DNA of 64,000 bases from Eledone cirrhosa. Taxonomy: Eukaryota. The stretch's first letter is position 1, and the number at the start of each line of letters is the position of its first letter. The notes beneath the pieces are model-generated. The model was not told the origin of the DNA, ran no database searches, and saw only the letters and a program-made list of their open reading frames with translations. The translations under genes and the position numbers were made by a program. The stretch lies in NCBI GenBank assembly GCA_964016885.1, contig OZ024740.1:45756001-45820000 (forward strand). Reading direction: 5' to 3'. Of the stretch, positions 32,801 to 47,800 are shown piece by piece.

Positions 32801-35800
32801 AGGCCTACTGTCTATTGTTGTATGTAACAAGACATTGGTGTTGTACAGCAATAATTAGGCCTACTGTCTATTGTTGTATGTAACAAGATATTGGTGTTGT
32901 ACAGCAAGAATTAGATCTACTGTCTATTGTTGTATGTAACAAGATATTGGTGTTGTACAGCAAGAATTAGGCCTACTGTCTGTTGTTGTATGTAACAAGA
33001 TATTGGTGTTGTACAGCAAGAATTAGACCTACTGTCTATTGTTGTATGTAACAAGACATTGGTGTTGTACAGCAAGAATTAGACCTACTGTCTATTGTTG
33101 AATGTAACAAGATATTGGTGTTGTACAGCAAGAATTAGACCTACTGTCTATTGTTGTATGTAACAAGATATTGGTGTTGCACAGCAAGAATTAGAACTAC
33201 TGTCTGTTGTTGTATGTAACAAGATATTGGTGTTGTACAGCAAGAATTAGATCTACTGTCTGTTGTTGTATGTAACAAGATATTGGTGTTGTACAGCAAG
33301 AATTAGGCCTACTGTCTGTTGTTTTATGTAACAAGATATTGGTGTTGTACAGCAAGAATTAGACCTACTGTCTGTTGTTGTATGTAACAAGACGTTGGTG
33401 TTGTACAGCAAGAATTAGGCCTACTGTCTATTGTTGTATGTAACAAGACATTGGTGTTGTACAGCAAGAATTAGGCCTACTGTCTATTGTTGTATGTAAG
33501 AAGATATTGGTGTTGTACAGCAAGAATTAGATCTACTGTCTATTGTTGTGTGTAACAAGATATTGGTGTTGTACAGCAAGAATTAGGCCTACTGTCTGTT
33601 GTTGTATGTAACAAGACATTGGTGTTGTACAGCAAGAATTATACCTACTGTCTATTGTTGTATGTAACAAGATATTGGTGTTGTACAGCAAGAATTAGAC
33701 CTACTGTCTATTATTGTGTGTAACAAGATATTGGTGTCGTACAGCAAGAATTAGATCTACTGTCTGTTGTTTTATGTAACAAGATATTGGTGTTGAACAC
33801 TAAGAATTAGGCCTACTGTCTGTTGTCGTATGTAACAAGATATTGGTGTTGTACAGCAAGAATTAGACCTACTGTCTGTTGTTGTATGTAACAAGACGTT
33901 GGTGTTGTACAGCAAGAATTAGGCCTACTGTCTATTGTTGTATGTAACAAGACATTGGTGTTGTACAGCAAGAATTAGGCCTACTGTATATTGTTGTATG
34001 TAACAAGATATTGGTGTTGTACAGCAAGAATTAGATCTACTGTCTATTGTTGTATGCAACAAGATATTGGTGTTGTACAGCAAGAATTAGGCCTACTGTC
34101 TATTGTTGTGTGTAACAAGATATTGGTGTTGTACAGCAAGAATTAGACCTACTGTCTGTTGTTGTATGTAACAAGATATTGGTGTTGTACAGCAAGAATT
34201 AGACCTACTGTCTTTGTTGTATGTAACAAGATATTGGTGTTGTACAGCAAGAATTAGACCTACTGTCTATCGTTGTATGTAACAAGATATTGGTGTTGTA
34301 CAGCAAGAATTAGATCTACTGTCTGTTGTTTTATGTAACAAGATATTGGTGTTGTACAGCAAGAATTAGACCTACTGTCTATTATTGTGTGTAACAAGAT
34401 ATTGGTGTCGTACAGCAAGAATTAGATCTACTGTCTGTTGTTTTATGTAACAAGATATTGATGTTGTACAGCAAGAATTAGACCTACTGTCTATTATTGT
34501 GTGTAACAAGATATTGGTGTTGTACAGCAAGAATTAGACCTACTGTCTATTATTGTGTGTAACAAGATATTGGTGTTGTACAGCAAGAATTAGATCTACT
34601 GTCTGTTGTTGTGTGTAACAAGATATTGGTGTTGTACAGCAAGAATTAGATCTACTGTCTATTGTTGTATGTAAGAAGATATTGGTGTTGTACAGCAAGA
34701 ATTAGACCTACTGTCTGTTGTTGTGTGTAACAAGATATTGGTGTTGTACAGCAAGAATTAGATCTACTGTCTATTGTTGTATGTAACAAGACATTGGTGT
34801 TGTACAGCAAGAATTAGGCCTACTGTCTATTGTTGTAACAAGACATTGGTGTTGTACAGCAAGAATTAGACCTACTGTCTATTATTGTGTGTAACAAGAT
34901 ATTGGTGTCGTACAGCAAGAATTAGATCTACTGTCTGTTGTTTTATGTAACAAGATATTGATGTTGTACAGCAAGAATTAGACCTACTGTCTATTATTGT
35001 GTGTAACAAGATATTGGTGTCGTACAGCAAGAATTAGATCTACTGTCTATTGTTGTATGTAACAAGATATTGGTGTTGTACAGCAAGAATTAGGCCTACT
35101 GTCTGTTGTTGTATGTAACAAGATATTGGTGTTGTACTGCAAGAATTAGACCTACTGTCTATTGTTGTATGTAACAAGATATTGGTGTTGTACAGCAAGA
35201 ATTAGATCTACTGTCTGTTGTTGTATGTAAGAAGATATTGGTGTTGTACAGCAAGAATTAGACCTACTGTCTGTTGTTGTGTGTAACAAGATATTGGTGT
35301 TGTACAGCAAGAATTAGATCTACTGTCTATTGTTGTATGTAACAAGATATTGGTGTTGTACAGCAAGAATTAGATATACTGTCTGTTGTTTTATGTAACA
35401 AGATATTGGTGTTGTACAGCAAGAATTAGACCTACTGTCTATTATTGTGTGTAACAAGATATTGGTGTTGTACAGCAAGAATTAGATCTACTGTGTGTTG
35501 TTGTGTGTAACAAGACATTGGTGTTGTACAGCAAGAATTAGATCTACTGTCTATTGTTGTATGTAAGAAGATATTGGTGTTGTACAGCAAGAATTAGATC
35601 TACTGTCTATTGTCGTATGTAACAAGATATTGGTGTTGTACAGCAAGAATTAGATCTACTGTCTGTTGTTTTATGTAACAAGATATTGGTGTTGTACAGC
35701 AAGAATTAGACCTACTGTCTATTATTGTGTGTAACAAGATATTGGTGTCGTACAGCAAGAATTAGATCTACTGTCTGTTGTTTTATGTAACAAGATATTG

Positions 35801-38800
35801 ATGTTGTACAGCAAGAATTAGACCTACTGTCTATTATTGTGTGTAACAAGATATTGGTGTCGTACAGCAAGAATTAGATCTACTGTCTATTGTTGTATGT
35901 AACAAGATATTGGTGTTGTACAGCAAGAATTAGATCTACTGTCTGTTGTTTTATCTAACAAGATATTGGTGTTGTACAGCAAGAATTAGGCCTACTGTCT
36001 ATTGTTGTATGTAACAAGATATTGGTGTTGTACAGCAAGAATTAGATCTACTGTCTATTGTTGTATGTAACAAGATATTGGTGTTGTACAGCAAGAATTA
36101 GGCCTACTGTCTGTTGTTGTATGTAACAAGATATTGGTGTTGTACTGCAAGAATTAGACCTACTGTCTATTGTTGTATGTAACAAGATATTAGTGTTGTA
36201 CAGCAAGAATTAGGCCTACTGTCTATTGTTGTGTGTAACAAGATATTGGTGTTGTACAGCAAGAATTAGACCTACTGTCTGTTGTTGTATGTAACAAGAT
36301 ATTGGTGTTGTACAGCAAGAATTAGACCTACTGTCTTTGTTGTATGTAACAAGATATTGGTGTTGTACAGCAAGAATTAGACCTACTCTCTATCGTTGTA
36401 TGTAACAAGATATTGGTGTTGTACAGCAAGAATTAGATCTACTGTCTGTTGTTTTATGTAACAAGATATTGGTGTTGTACAGCAAGAATTAGACCTACTG
36501 TCTATTATTGTGTGTAACAAGATATTGGTGTCGTACAGCAAGAATTAGATCTACTGTCTGTTGTTTTATGGAACAAGATATTGATGTTGTACAGCAAGAA
36601 TTAGACCTACTGTCTATTATTGTGTGTAACAAGATATTGGTGTTGTACAGCAAGAATTAGATCTACTGTCTATTATTGTGTGTAACAAGATATTGGTGTT
36701 GTACAGCAAGAATTAGATCTACTGTCTGTTGTTGTGTGTAACAAGATATTGGTGTTGTACAGCAAGAATTAGATCTACTGTCTATTGTTGTATGTAAGAA
36801 GATATTGGTGTTGTACAGCAAGAATTAGACCTACTGTCTGTTGTTGTGTGTAACAAGATATTGGTGTTGTACAGCAAGAATTAGATCTACTGTCTATTGT
36901 TGTATGTAACAAGACATTGGTGTTGTACAGCAAGAATTAGGCCTACTGTCTATTGTTGTAACAAGACATTGGTGTTGTACAGCAAGAATTAGACCTACTG
37001 TCTGTTGTTGTATGTAACAAGATATTGGTGTTGTACAGCAAGAATTAGACCTACTGTCTTTGTTGTATGTAACAAGATATTGGTGTTGTACAGCAAGAAT
37101 TAGACCTACTGTCTATTGTTGTATGTAACGAGATATTGGTGTTGTACAGCAAGAATTAGATCTACTGTCTATTGTTGTATGTAACAAGATATTGGTGTTG
37201 TACAGCAAGAATTAGATCTACTGTCTGTTGTTTTATGTAACAAGATATTGGTGTTGTACAGCAAGAATTAGACCTACTGTCTATTATTGTGTGTAACAAG
37301 ATATTGGTGTCGTACAGCAAGAATTAGATCTACTGTCTGTTGTTTTATGTAACAAGATATTGATGTTGTACAGCAAGAATTAGACCTACTGTCTATTATT
37401 GTGTGTAACAAGACGTTGGTGTTGTACAGCAAGAATTAGGCCTACTGTCTATTGTTGTATGTAACAAGACATTGGTGTTGTACAGCAAGAATTAGGCCTA
37501 CTGTATATTGTTGTATGTAACAAGATATTGGTGTTGTACAGCAAGAATTAGATCTACTGTCTATTGTTGTATGTAACAAGATATTGGTGTTGTACAGCAA
37601 GAATTAGGCCTACTGTCTATTGTTGTGTGTAACAAGATATTGGTGTTGTACAGCAAGAATTAGACCTACTGTCTGTTGTTGTATGTAACAAGATATTGGT
37701 GTTGTACAGCAAGAATTAGACCTACTGTCTTTGTTGTATGTAACAAGATATTGGTGTTGTACAGCAAGAATTAGACCTACTGTCTATCGTTGTATGTAAC
37801 AAGATATTGGTGTTGTACAGCAAGAATTAGATCTACTGTCTGTTGTTTTATGTAACAAGATATTGGTGTTGTACAGCAAGAATTAGACCTACTGTCTATT
37901 ATTGTGTGTAACAAGATATTGGTGTCGTACAGCAAGAATTAGATCTACTGTCTGTTGTTTTATGTAACAAGATATTGATGTTGTACAGCAAGAATTAGAC
38001 CTACTGTCTATTATTGTGTGTAACAAGATATTGGTGTTGTACAGCAAGAATTAGACCTACTGTCTATTATTGTGTGTAACAAGATATTGGTGTTGTACAG
38101 CAAGAATTAGATCTACTGTCTGTTGTTGTGTGTAACAAGATATTGGTGTTGTACAGCAAGAATTAGATCTACTGTCTATTGTTGTATGTAAGAAGATATT
38201 GGTGTTGTACAGCAAGAATTAGACCTACTGTCTGTTGTTGTGTGTAACAAGATATTGGTGCTGTACAGCAAGAATTAGATCTACTGTCTATTGTTGTATG
38301 TAACAAGACATTGGTGTTGTACAGCAAGAATTAGGCCTACTGTCTATTGTTGTAACAAGACATTGGTGTTGTACAGCAAGAATTAGACCTACTGTCTGTT
38401 GTTGTATGTAACAAGATATTGGTGTTGTACAGCAAGAATTAGACCTACTGTCTTTGTTGTATGTAACAAGATATTGGTGTTGTACAGCAAGAATTAGACC
38501 TACTGTCTATTGTTGTATGTAACAAGATATTGGTGTTGTACAGCAAGAATTAGATCTACTGTCTATTGTTGTATGTAACAAGATATTGGTGTTGTACAGC
38601 AAGAATTAGATCTACTGTCTGTTGTTTTATGTAACAAGATATTGGTGTTGTACAGCAAGAATTAGACCTACTGTTTATTATTGTGTGTAACAAGAGATTG
38701 GTGTCGTACAGCAAGAATTAGATCTACTGTCTGTTGTTTTATGTAACAAGATATTGATGTTGTACAGCAAGAATTAGACCTACTGTCTATTATTGTGTGT

Positions 38801-41800
38801 AACAAGATATTGGTGTCGTACAGCAAGAATTAGATCTACTGTCTGTTGTTTTATGTAACAAGATATTGATGTTGTACAGCAAGAATTAGACCTACTGTCT
38901 ATTATTGTGTGTAACAAGATATTGGCGTCGTACAGCAAGAATTAGATCTACTGTCTATTGTTGTATGTAACAAGATATTGGTGTTGTACAGCAAGAATTA
39001 GATCTACTGTCTATTGTTGTATGTAACAAGATATTTGTGTTTTACAGCAAGAATTAGGCCTACTGTCTGTTGTTGTATGTAACAAGATATTGGTGTTGTA
39101 CTGCAAGAATTAGACCTACTGTCTATTATTGTATGTAACAAGATATTGGTGTTGTACAGCAAGAATTAGATCTACTGTCTGTTGTTGTATGTAAGAAGAT
39201 ATTGGTGTTGTACAGCAAGAATTAGACCTACTGTCTGTTGTTGTGTGTAACAAGATATTGGTGTTGTACAGCAAGAATTAGATCTACTGTCTATTCTTGT
39301 ATGTAACAAGATATTGGTGTTGTACAGCAAGAATTAGATATACTGTCTGTTGTTTTATGTAACAAGATATTGGTGTTGTACAGCAAGTATTAGACCTACT
39401 GTCTATTATTGTGTGTAACAAGATATTGGTGTTGTACAGCAAGAATTAGATCTACTGTGTGTTGTTGTGTGTAACAAGACATTGGTGTTGTACAGCAAGA
39501 ATTAGATCTACTGTCTATTGTTGTATGTAAGAAGATATTGGTGTTGTACAGCAAGAATTAGACCTACTGTCTATTGTTGTATGTAACAAGATATTGGTGT
39601 TGTACAGCAAGAATTAGATCTACTGTCTATTGTCGTATGTAACAAGATATTGGTGTTGTACAGCAAGAATTAGATCTACTGTCTGTTGTTTTATGTAACA
39701 AGATATTGGTGTTGTACAGCAAGAATTAGACCTACTGTCTATTATTGTGTGTAACAAGATATTGGTGTCGTACAGCAAGAATTAGATCTACTGTCTGTTG
39801 TTTTATGTAACAAGATATTGATGTTGTACAGCAAGAATTAGACCTACTGTCTATTATTGTGTGTAACAAGATATTGGCGTCGTACAGCAAGAATTAGATC
39901 TACTGTCTATTGTTGTATGTAACAAGATATTGGTGTTGTACAGCAAGAATTAGATCTACTGTCTGTTGTTTTATCTAACAAGATATTGGTGTTGTACAGC
40001 AAGAATTAGGCCTACTGTCTATTGTTGTATGTAACAAGATATTGGTGTTGTACAGCAAGAATTAGATCTACTGTCTATTGTTGTATGTAACAAGATATTG
40101 GTGTTGTACAGCAAGAATTAGGCCTACTGTCTGTTGTTGTATGTAACAAGATATTGGTGTTGTACTGCAAGAATTAGACCTACTGTCTATTGTTGTATGT
40201 AACAAGATATTGGTGTTGTACAGCAAGAATTAGGCCTACTGTCTATTGTTGTGTGTAACAAGATATTGGTGTTGTACAGCAAGAATTAGACCTACTGTCT
40301 GTTGTTGTATGTAACAAGATATTGGTGTTGTACAGCAAGAATTAGACCTACTGTCTTTGTTGTATGTAACAAGATATTGGTGTTGTACAGCAAGAATTAG
40401 ACCTACTGTCTATCGTTGTATGTAACAAGATATTGGTGTTGTACAGCAAGAATTAGATCTACTGTCTGTTGTTTTATGTAACAAGATATTGGTGTTGTAC
40501 AGCAAGAATTAGACCTACTGTCTATTATTGTGTGTAACAAGATATTGGTGTCGTACAGCAAGAATTAGATCTACTGTCTGTTGTTTTATGTAACAAGATA
40601 TTGATGTTGTACAGCAAGAATTAGACCTACTGTCTATTATTGTGTGTAACAAGATATTGGTGTTGTACAGCAAGAATTAGATCTACTGTCTATTATTGTG
40701 TGTAACAAGATATTGGTGTTGTACAGCAAGAATTAGATCTACTGTCTGTTGTTGTGTGTAACAAGATATTGGTGTTGTACAGCAAGAATTAGATCTACTG
40801 TCTATTGTTGTATGTAAGAAGATATTGGTGTTGTACAGCAAGAATTAGACCTACTGTCTGTTGTTGTGTGTAACAAGATATTGGTGTTGTACAGCAAGAA
40901 TTAGATCTACTGTCTATTGTTGTATGTAACAAGACATTGGTGTTGTACAGCAAGAATTAGGCCTACTGTCTATTGTTGTAACAAGACATTGGTGTTGTAC
41001 AGCAAGAATTAGACCTACTGTCTGTTGTTGTATGTAACAAGATATTGGTGTTGTACAGCAAGAATTAGACCTACTGTCTTTGTTGTATGTAACAAGATAT
41101 TGGTGTTGTACAGCAAGAATTAGACCTACTGTCTATTGTTGTATGTAACAAGATATTGGTGTTGTACAGCAAGAATTAGATCTACTGTCTATTGTTGTAT
41201 GTAACAAGATATTGGTGTTGTACAGCAAGAATTAGATCTACTGTCTGTTGTTTTATGTAACAAGATATTGGTGTTGTACAGCAAGAATTAGACCTACTGT
41301 CTATCGTTGTATGTAACAAGATATTGGTGTTGTACAGCAAGAATTAGATCTACTGTCTGTTGTTTTATGTAACAAGATATTGGTGTTGTACAGCAAGAAT
41401 TAGACCTACTGTCTATTATTGTGTGTAACAAGATATTGGTGTCGTACAGCAAGAATTAGATCTACTGTCTGTTGTTTTATGTAACAAGATATTGATGTTG
41501 TACAGCAAGAATTAGACCTACTGTCTATTATTGTGTGTAACAAGATATTGGTGTTGTACAGCAAGAATTAGACCTACTGTCTATTATTGTGTGTAACAAG
41601 ATATTGGTGTCGTACAACAAGAATTAGATCTACTGTCTATTGTTGTATGTAACAAGATATTGGTGTTGTACAGCAAGAATTAGATCTACTGTCTGTTGTT
41701 TTATCTAACAAGATATTGGTGTTGTACAGCAAGAATTAGGCCTACTGTCTATTGTTGTATGTAACAAGATATTGGTGTTGTACAGCAAGAATTAGATCTA

Positions 41801-44800
41801 CTGTCTATTGTTGTATGTAACAAGATATTGGTGTTGTACAGCAAGAATTAGATCTACTGTCTATTGTTGTATGTAACAAGATATTGGTGTTGTACAGCAA
41901 GAATTAGATCTACTGTCTGTTGTTTTATGTAACAAGATATTGGTGTTGTACAGCAAGAATTAGACCTACTGTCTATCGTTGTATGTAACAAGATATTGGT
42001 GTTGTACAGCAAGAATTAGATCTACTGTCTGTTGTTTTATGTAACAAGATATTGGTGTTGTACAGCAAGAATTAGACCTACTGTCTATTATTGTGTGTAA
42101 CAAGATATTGGTGTCGTACAACAAGAATTAGATCTACTGTCTATTGTTGTAACAAGACATTGGTGTTGTACAGCAAGAATTAGACCTACTGTCTGTTGTT
42201 GTATGTAACAAGATATTGGTGTTGTACAGCAAGAATTAGATCTACTGTCTGTTGTTTTATGTAACAAGATATTGGTGTTGTACAGCAAGAATTAGACCTA
42301 CTGTCTATCGTTGTATGTAACAAGATATTGGTGTTGTACAGCAAGAATTAGATCTACTGTCTGTTGTTGTGTGTAACAAGATATTGGTGTTGTACAGCAA
42401 GAATTAGATCTACTGTCTATTGTTGTATGTAACAAGACGTTGGTTTTGTAGAGCTAGAATTAGATCTACTGTCTATTGTTGTATGTAACAAAACATTGGT
42501 GTTGTACAGCAAGAATTAGACCTACTGTCTGTTGTTGTATGTAACAAGACGTTGGTGTTGTACAGCAAGAATTAGGCCTACTGTCTGTTGTTGTATGTAA
42601 CAAGACATTGGTGTTGTACAGCAAGAATTAGATCTACTGTCTATTGTTGTATGTAACAAGATATTGGTGTTGTACAGCAAGAATTAGATCTACTGTCTGT
42701 TGTTTTATGTAACAAGATATTGGTGTTGTACAGCAAGAATTAGGCCTACTGTCTATTATTGTGTGTAACAAGATATTGGTGTCGTACAGCAAGAATTAGA
42801 TCTACTGTCTGTTGTTTTTTGTAACAAGATATTGATGTTGTACAGCAAGAATTAGACCTAATGTCTATTATTGTGTGTAACAAGATATTGGTGTCGTACA
42901 GCAAGAATTAGATCTACTGTCTATTGTTGTATGTAACAAGATATTGGTGTTGTACAGCAAGAATTAGATCTACTGTCTGTTGTTTTATCTAACAAGATAT
43001 TGGTGTTGTACAGCAAGAATTAGACCTACTGTCTATTATTGTGTGTAACAAGATATTGGTGTTGTACAGCAAGAATTAGACCTACTGTCTATTATTGTGT
43101 GTAACAAGATATTGGTGTTGTACAGCAAGAATTAGATCTACTGTCTGTTGTTGTGTGTAACAAGATATTGGTGTTGTACAGCAAGAATTAGATCTACTGT
43201 CTATTGTTGTATGTAAGAAGATATTGGTGTTGTACAGCAAGAATTAGACCTACTGTCTGTTGTTGTGTGTAACAAGATATTGGTGTTGTACAGCAAGAAT
43301 TAGATCTACTGTCTATTGTTGTATGTAACAAGACATTGGTGTTGTACAGCAAGAATTAGGCCTACTGTCTATTGTTGTAACAAGACATTGGTGTTGTACA
43401 GCAAGAATTAGACCTACTGTCTGTTGTTGTATGTAACAAGATATTGGTGTTGTACAGCAAGAATTAGACCTACTGACTTTGTTGTATGTAACAAGATATT
43501 GGTGTTGTACAGCAAGAATTAGACCTACTGTCTATTGTTGTATGTAACAAGATATTGGTGTTGTACAGCAAGAATTAGATCTACTGTCTATTGTTGTATG
43601 TAACAAGATATTGGTGTTGTACAGCAAGAATTAGATCTACTGTCTGTTGTTTTATGTAACAAGATATTGGTGTTGTACAGCAAGAATTAGACCTACTGTC
43701 TATTATTGTGTGTAACAAGATATTGGTGTCGTACAGCAAGAATTAGATCTACTGTCTGTTGTTTTATGTAACAAGATATTGATGTTGTACAGCAAGAATT
43801 AGACCTACTGTCTATTATTGTGTGTAACAAGATATTGGTGTCGTACAACAAGAATTAGATCTACTGTCTATTGTTGTATGTAACAAGATATTGGTGTTGT
43901 ACAGCAAGAATTAGATCTACTGTCTGTTGTTTTATCTAACAAGATATTGGTGTTGTACAGCAAGAATTAGGCCTACTGTCTATTGTTGTATGTAACAAGA
44001 TATTGGTGTTGTACAGCAAGAATTAGATCTACTGTCTATTGTTGTATGTAACAAGATATTGGTGTTGTACAGCAAGAATTAGGCCTACTGTCTGTTGTTG
44101 TATGTAACAAGATATTGGTGTTGTACTGCAAGAATTAGACCTACTGTCTATTGTTGTATGTAACAAGATATTGGTGTTGTACAGCAAGAATTAGATCTAC
44201 TGTCTGTTGTTGTATGTAACAAGATATTGGTGTTGTACTGCAAGAATTAGACCTACTGTCTATTGTTGTATGTAACAAGATATTGGTGTTGTACAGCAAG
44301 AATTAGGCCTACTGTCTATTGTTGTGTGTAACAAGATATTGGTGTTGTACAGCAAGAATTAGACCTACTGTCTGTTGTTGTATGTAACAAGATATTGGTG
44401 TTGTACAGCAAGAATTAGACCTACTGTCTGTTGTTGTGTGTAACAAGATATTGGTGTTGTACAGCAAGAATTAGACCTACTGTCTATCGTTGTATGTAAC
44501 AAGATATTGGTGTTGTACAGCAAGAATTAGATCTACTGTCTGTTGTTTTATGTAACAAGATATTGGTGTTGTACAGCAAGAATTAGACCTACTGTCTATT
44601 ATTGTGTGTAACAAGATATTGGTGTCGTACAGCAAGAATTAGATCTACTGTCTGTTGTTTTATGTAACAAGATATTGATGTTGTACAGCAAGAATTAGAC
44701 CTACTGTCTATTATTGTGTGTAACAAGATATTGGTGTTGTACAGCAAGAATTAGATCTACTGTCTATTATTGTGTGTAACAAGATATTGGTGTTGTACAG

Positions 44801-47800
44801 CAAGAATTAGATCTACTGTCTGTTGTTGTGTGTAACAAGATATTGGTGTTGTACAGCAAGAATTAGATCTACTGTCTATTGTTGTATGTAAGAAGATATT
44901 GGTGCTGTACAGCAAGAATTAGACCTACTGTCTGTTGTTGTGTGTAACAAGATATTGGTGTTGTACAGCAAGAATTAGATCTACTGTCTATTGTTGTATG
45001 TAACAAGACATTGGTGTTGTACAGCAAGAATTAGGCCTACTGTCTATTGTTGTAACAAGACATTGGTGTTGTACAGCAAGAATTAGACCTACTGTCTGTT
45101 GTTGTATGTAACAAGATATTGGTGTTGTACAGCAAGAATTAGACCTACTGTCTTTGTTGTATGTAACAAGATATTGGTGTTGTACAGCAAGAATTAGACC
45201 TACTGTCTATTGTTGTATGTAACAAGATATTGGTGTTGTACAGCAAGAATTAGATCTACTGTCTATTGTTGTATGTAACAAGATATTGGTGTTGTACAGC
45301 AAGAATTAGATCTACTGTCTGTTGTTTTATGTAACAAGATATTGGTGTTGTACAGCAAGAATTAGACCTACTGTCTATCGTTGTATGTAACAAGATATTG
45401 GTGTTGTACAGCAAGAATTAGATCTACTGTCTGTTGTTTTATGTAACAAGATATTGGTGTTGTACAGCAAGAATTAGACCTACTGTCTATTATTGTGTGT
45501 AACAAGATATTGGTGTCGTACAGCAAGAATTAGATCTACTGTCTGTTGTTTTATGTAACAAGATATTGATGTTGTACAGCAAGAATTAGACCTACTGTCT
45601 ATTATTGTGTGTAACAAGATATTGGTGTTGTACAGCAAGAATTAGACCTACTGTCTATTATTGTGTGTAACAAGATATTGGTGTCGTACAACAAGAATTA
45701 GATCTACTGTCTATTGTTGTATGTAACAAGATATTGGTGTTGTACAGCAAGAATTAGATCTACTGTCTGTTGTTTTATCTAACAAGATATTGGTGTTGTA
45801 CAGCAAGAATTAGGCCTACTGTCTATTGTTGTATGTAACAAGATATTGGTGTTGTACAGCAAGAATTAGATCTACTGTCTATTGTTGTATGTAACAAGAT
45901 ATTGGTGTTGTACAGCAAGAATTAGATCTACTGTCTATTGTTGTATGTAACAAGATATTGGTGTTGTACAGCAAGAATTAGATCTACTGTCTGTTGTTTT
46001 ATGTAACAAGATATTGGTGTTGTACAGCAAGAATTAGACCTACTGTCTATCGTTGTATGTAACAAGATATTGGTGTTGTACAGCAAGAATTAGATCTACT
46101 GTCTGTTGTTTTATGTAACAAGATATTGGTGTTGTACAGCAAGAATTAGACCTACTGTCTATTATTGTGTGTAACAAGATATTGGTGTCGTACAACAAGA
46201 ATTAGATCTACTGTCTATTGCTGTAACAAGACATTGGTGTTGTACAGCAAGAATTAGACCTACTGTCTGTTGTTGTATGTAACAAGATATTGGTGTTGTA
46301 CAGCAAGAATTAGATCTACTGTCTGTTGTTTTATGTAACAAGATATTGGTGTTGTACAGCAAGAATTAGACCTACTGTCTATCGTTGTATGTAACAAGAT
46401 ATTGGTGTTGTACAGCAAGAATTAGATCTACTGTCTGTTGTTGTGTGTAACAAGATATTGGTGTTGTACAGCAAGAATTAGATCTACTGTCTATTGTTGT
46501 ATGTAACAAGACGTTGGTTTTGTAGAGCTAGAATTAGATCTACTGTCTATTGTTGTATGTAACAAAACATTGGTGTTGTACAGCAAGAATTAGACCTACT
46601 GTCTGTTGTTGTATGTAACAAGACGTTGGTGTTGTACAGCAAGAATTAGGCCTACTGTCTATTGTTGTATGTAACAAGACATTGGTGTTGTACAGCAAGA
46701 ATTAGATCTACTGTCTATTGTTGTATGTAACAAGATATTGGTGTTGTACAGCAAGAATTAGATCTACTGTCTGTTGTTTTATGTAACAAGATATTGGTGT
46801 TGTACAGCAAGAATTAGACCTACTGTCTATTATTGTGTGTAACAAGATATTGGTGTCGTACAGCAAGAATTAGATCTACTGTCTGTTGTTTTTTGTAACA
46901 AGATATTGATGTTGTACAGCAAGAATTAGACCTAATGTCTATTATTGTGTGTAACAAGATATTGGTGTCGTACAGCAAGAATTAGATCTACTGTCTATTG
47001 TTGTATGTAACAAGATATTGGTGTTGTACAGCAAGAATTAGATCTACTGTCTGTTGTTTTATCTAACAAGATATTGGTGTTGTACAGCAAGAATTAGACC
47101 TACTGTCTATTATTGTGTGTAACAAGATATTGGTGTTGTACAGCAAGAATTAGACCTACTGTCTATTATTGTGTGTAACAAGATATTGGTGTTGTACAGC
47201 AAGAATTAGATCTACTGTCTGTTGTTGTGTGTAACAAGATATTGGTGTTGTACAGCAAGAATTAGATCTACTGTCTATTGTTGTATGTAAGAAGATATTG
47301 GTGTTGTACAGCAAGAATTAGACCTACTGTCTGTTGTTGTGTGTAACAAGATATTGGTGTTGTACAGCAAGAATTAGATCTACTGTCTATTGTTGTATGT
47401 AACAAGACATTGGTGTTGTACAGCAAGAATTAGGCCTACTGTCTATTGTTGTAACAAGACATTGGTGTTGTACAGCAAGAATTAGACCTACTGTCTGTTG
47501 TTGTATGTAACAAGATATTGGTGTTGTACAGCAAGAATTAGACCTACTGTCTTTGTTGTATGTAACAAGATATTGGTGTTGTACAGCAAGAATTAGACCT
47601 ACTGTCTATTGTTGTATGTAACAAGATATTGGTGTTGTACAGCAAGAATTAGATCTACTGTCTATTGTTGTATGTAACAAGATATTGGTGTTGTACAGCA
47701 AGAATTAGATCTACTGTCTGTTGTTTTATGTAACAAGATATTGGTGTTGTACAGCAAGAATTAGACCTACTGTCTATTATTGTGTGTAACAAGATATTGG

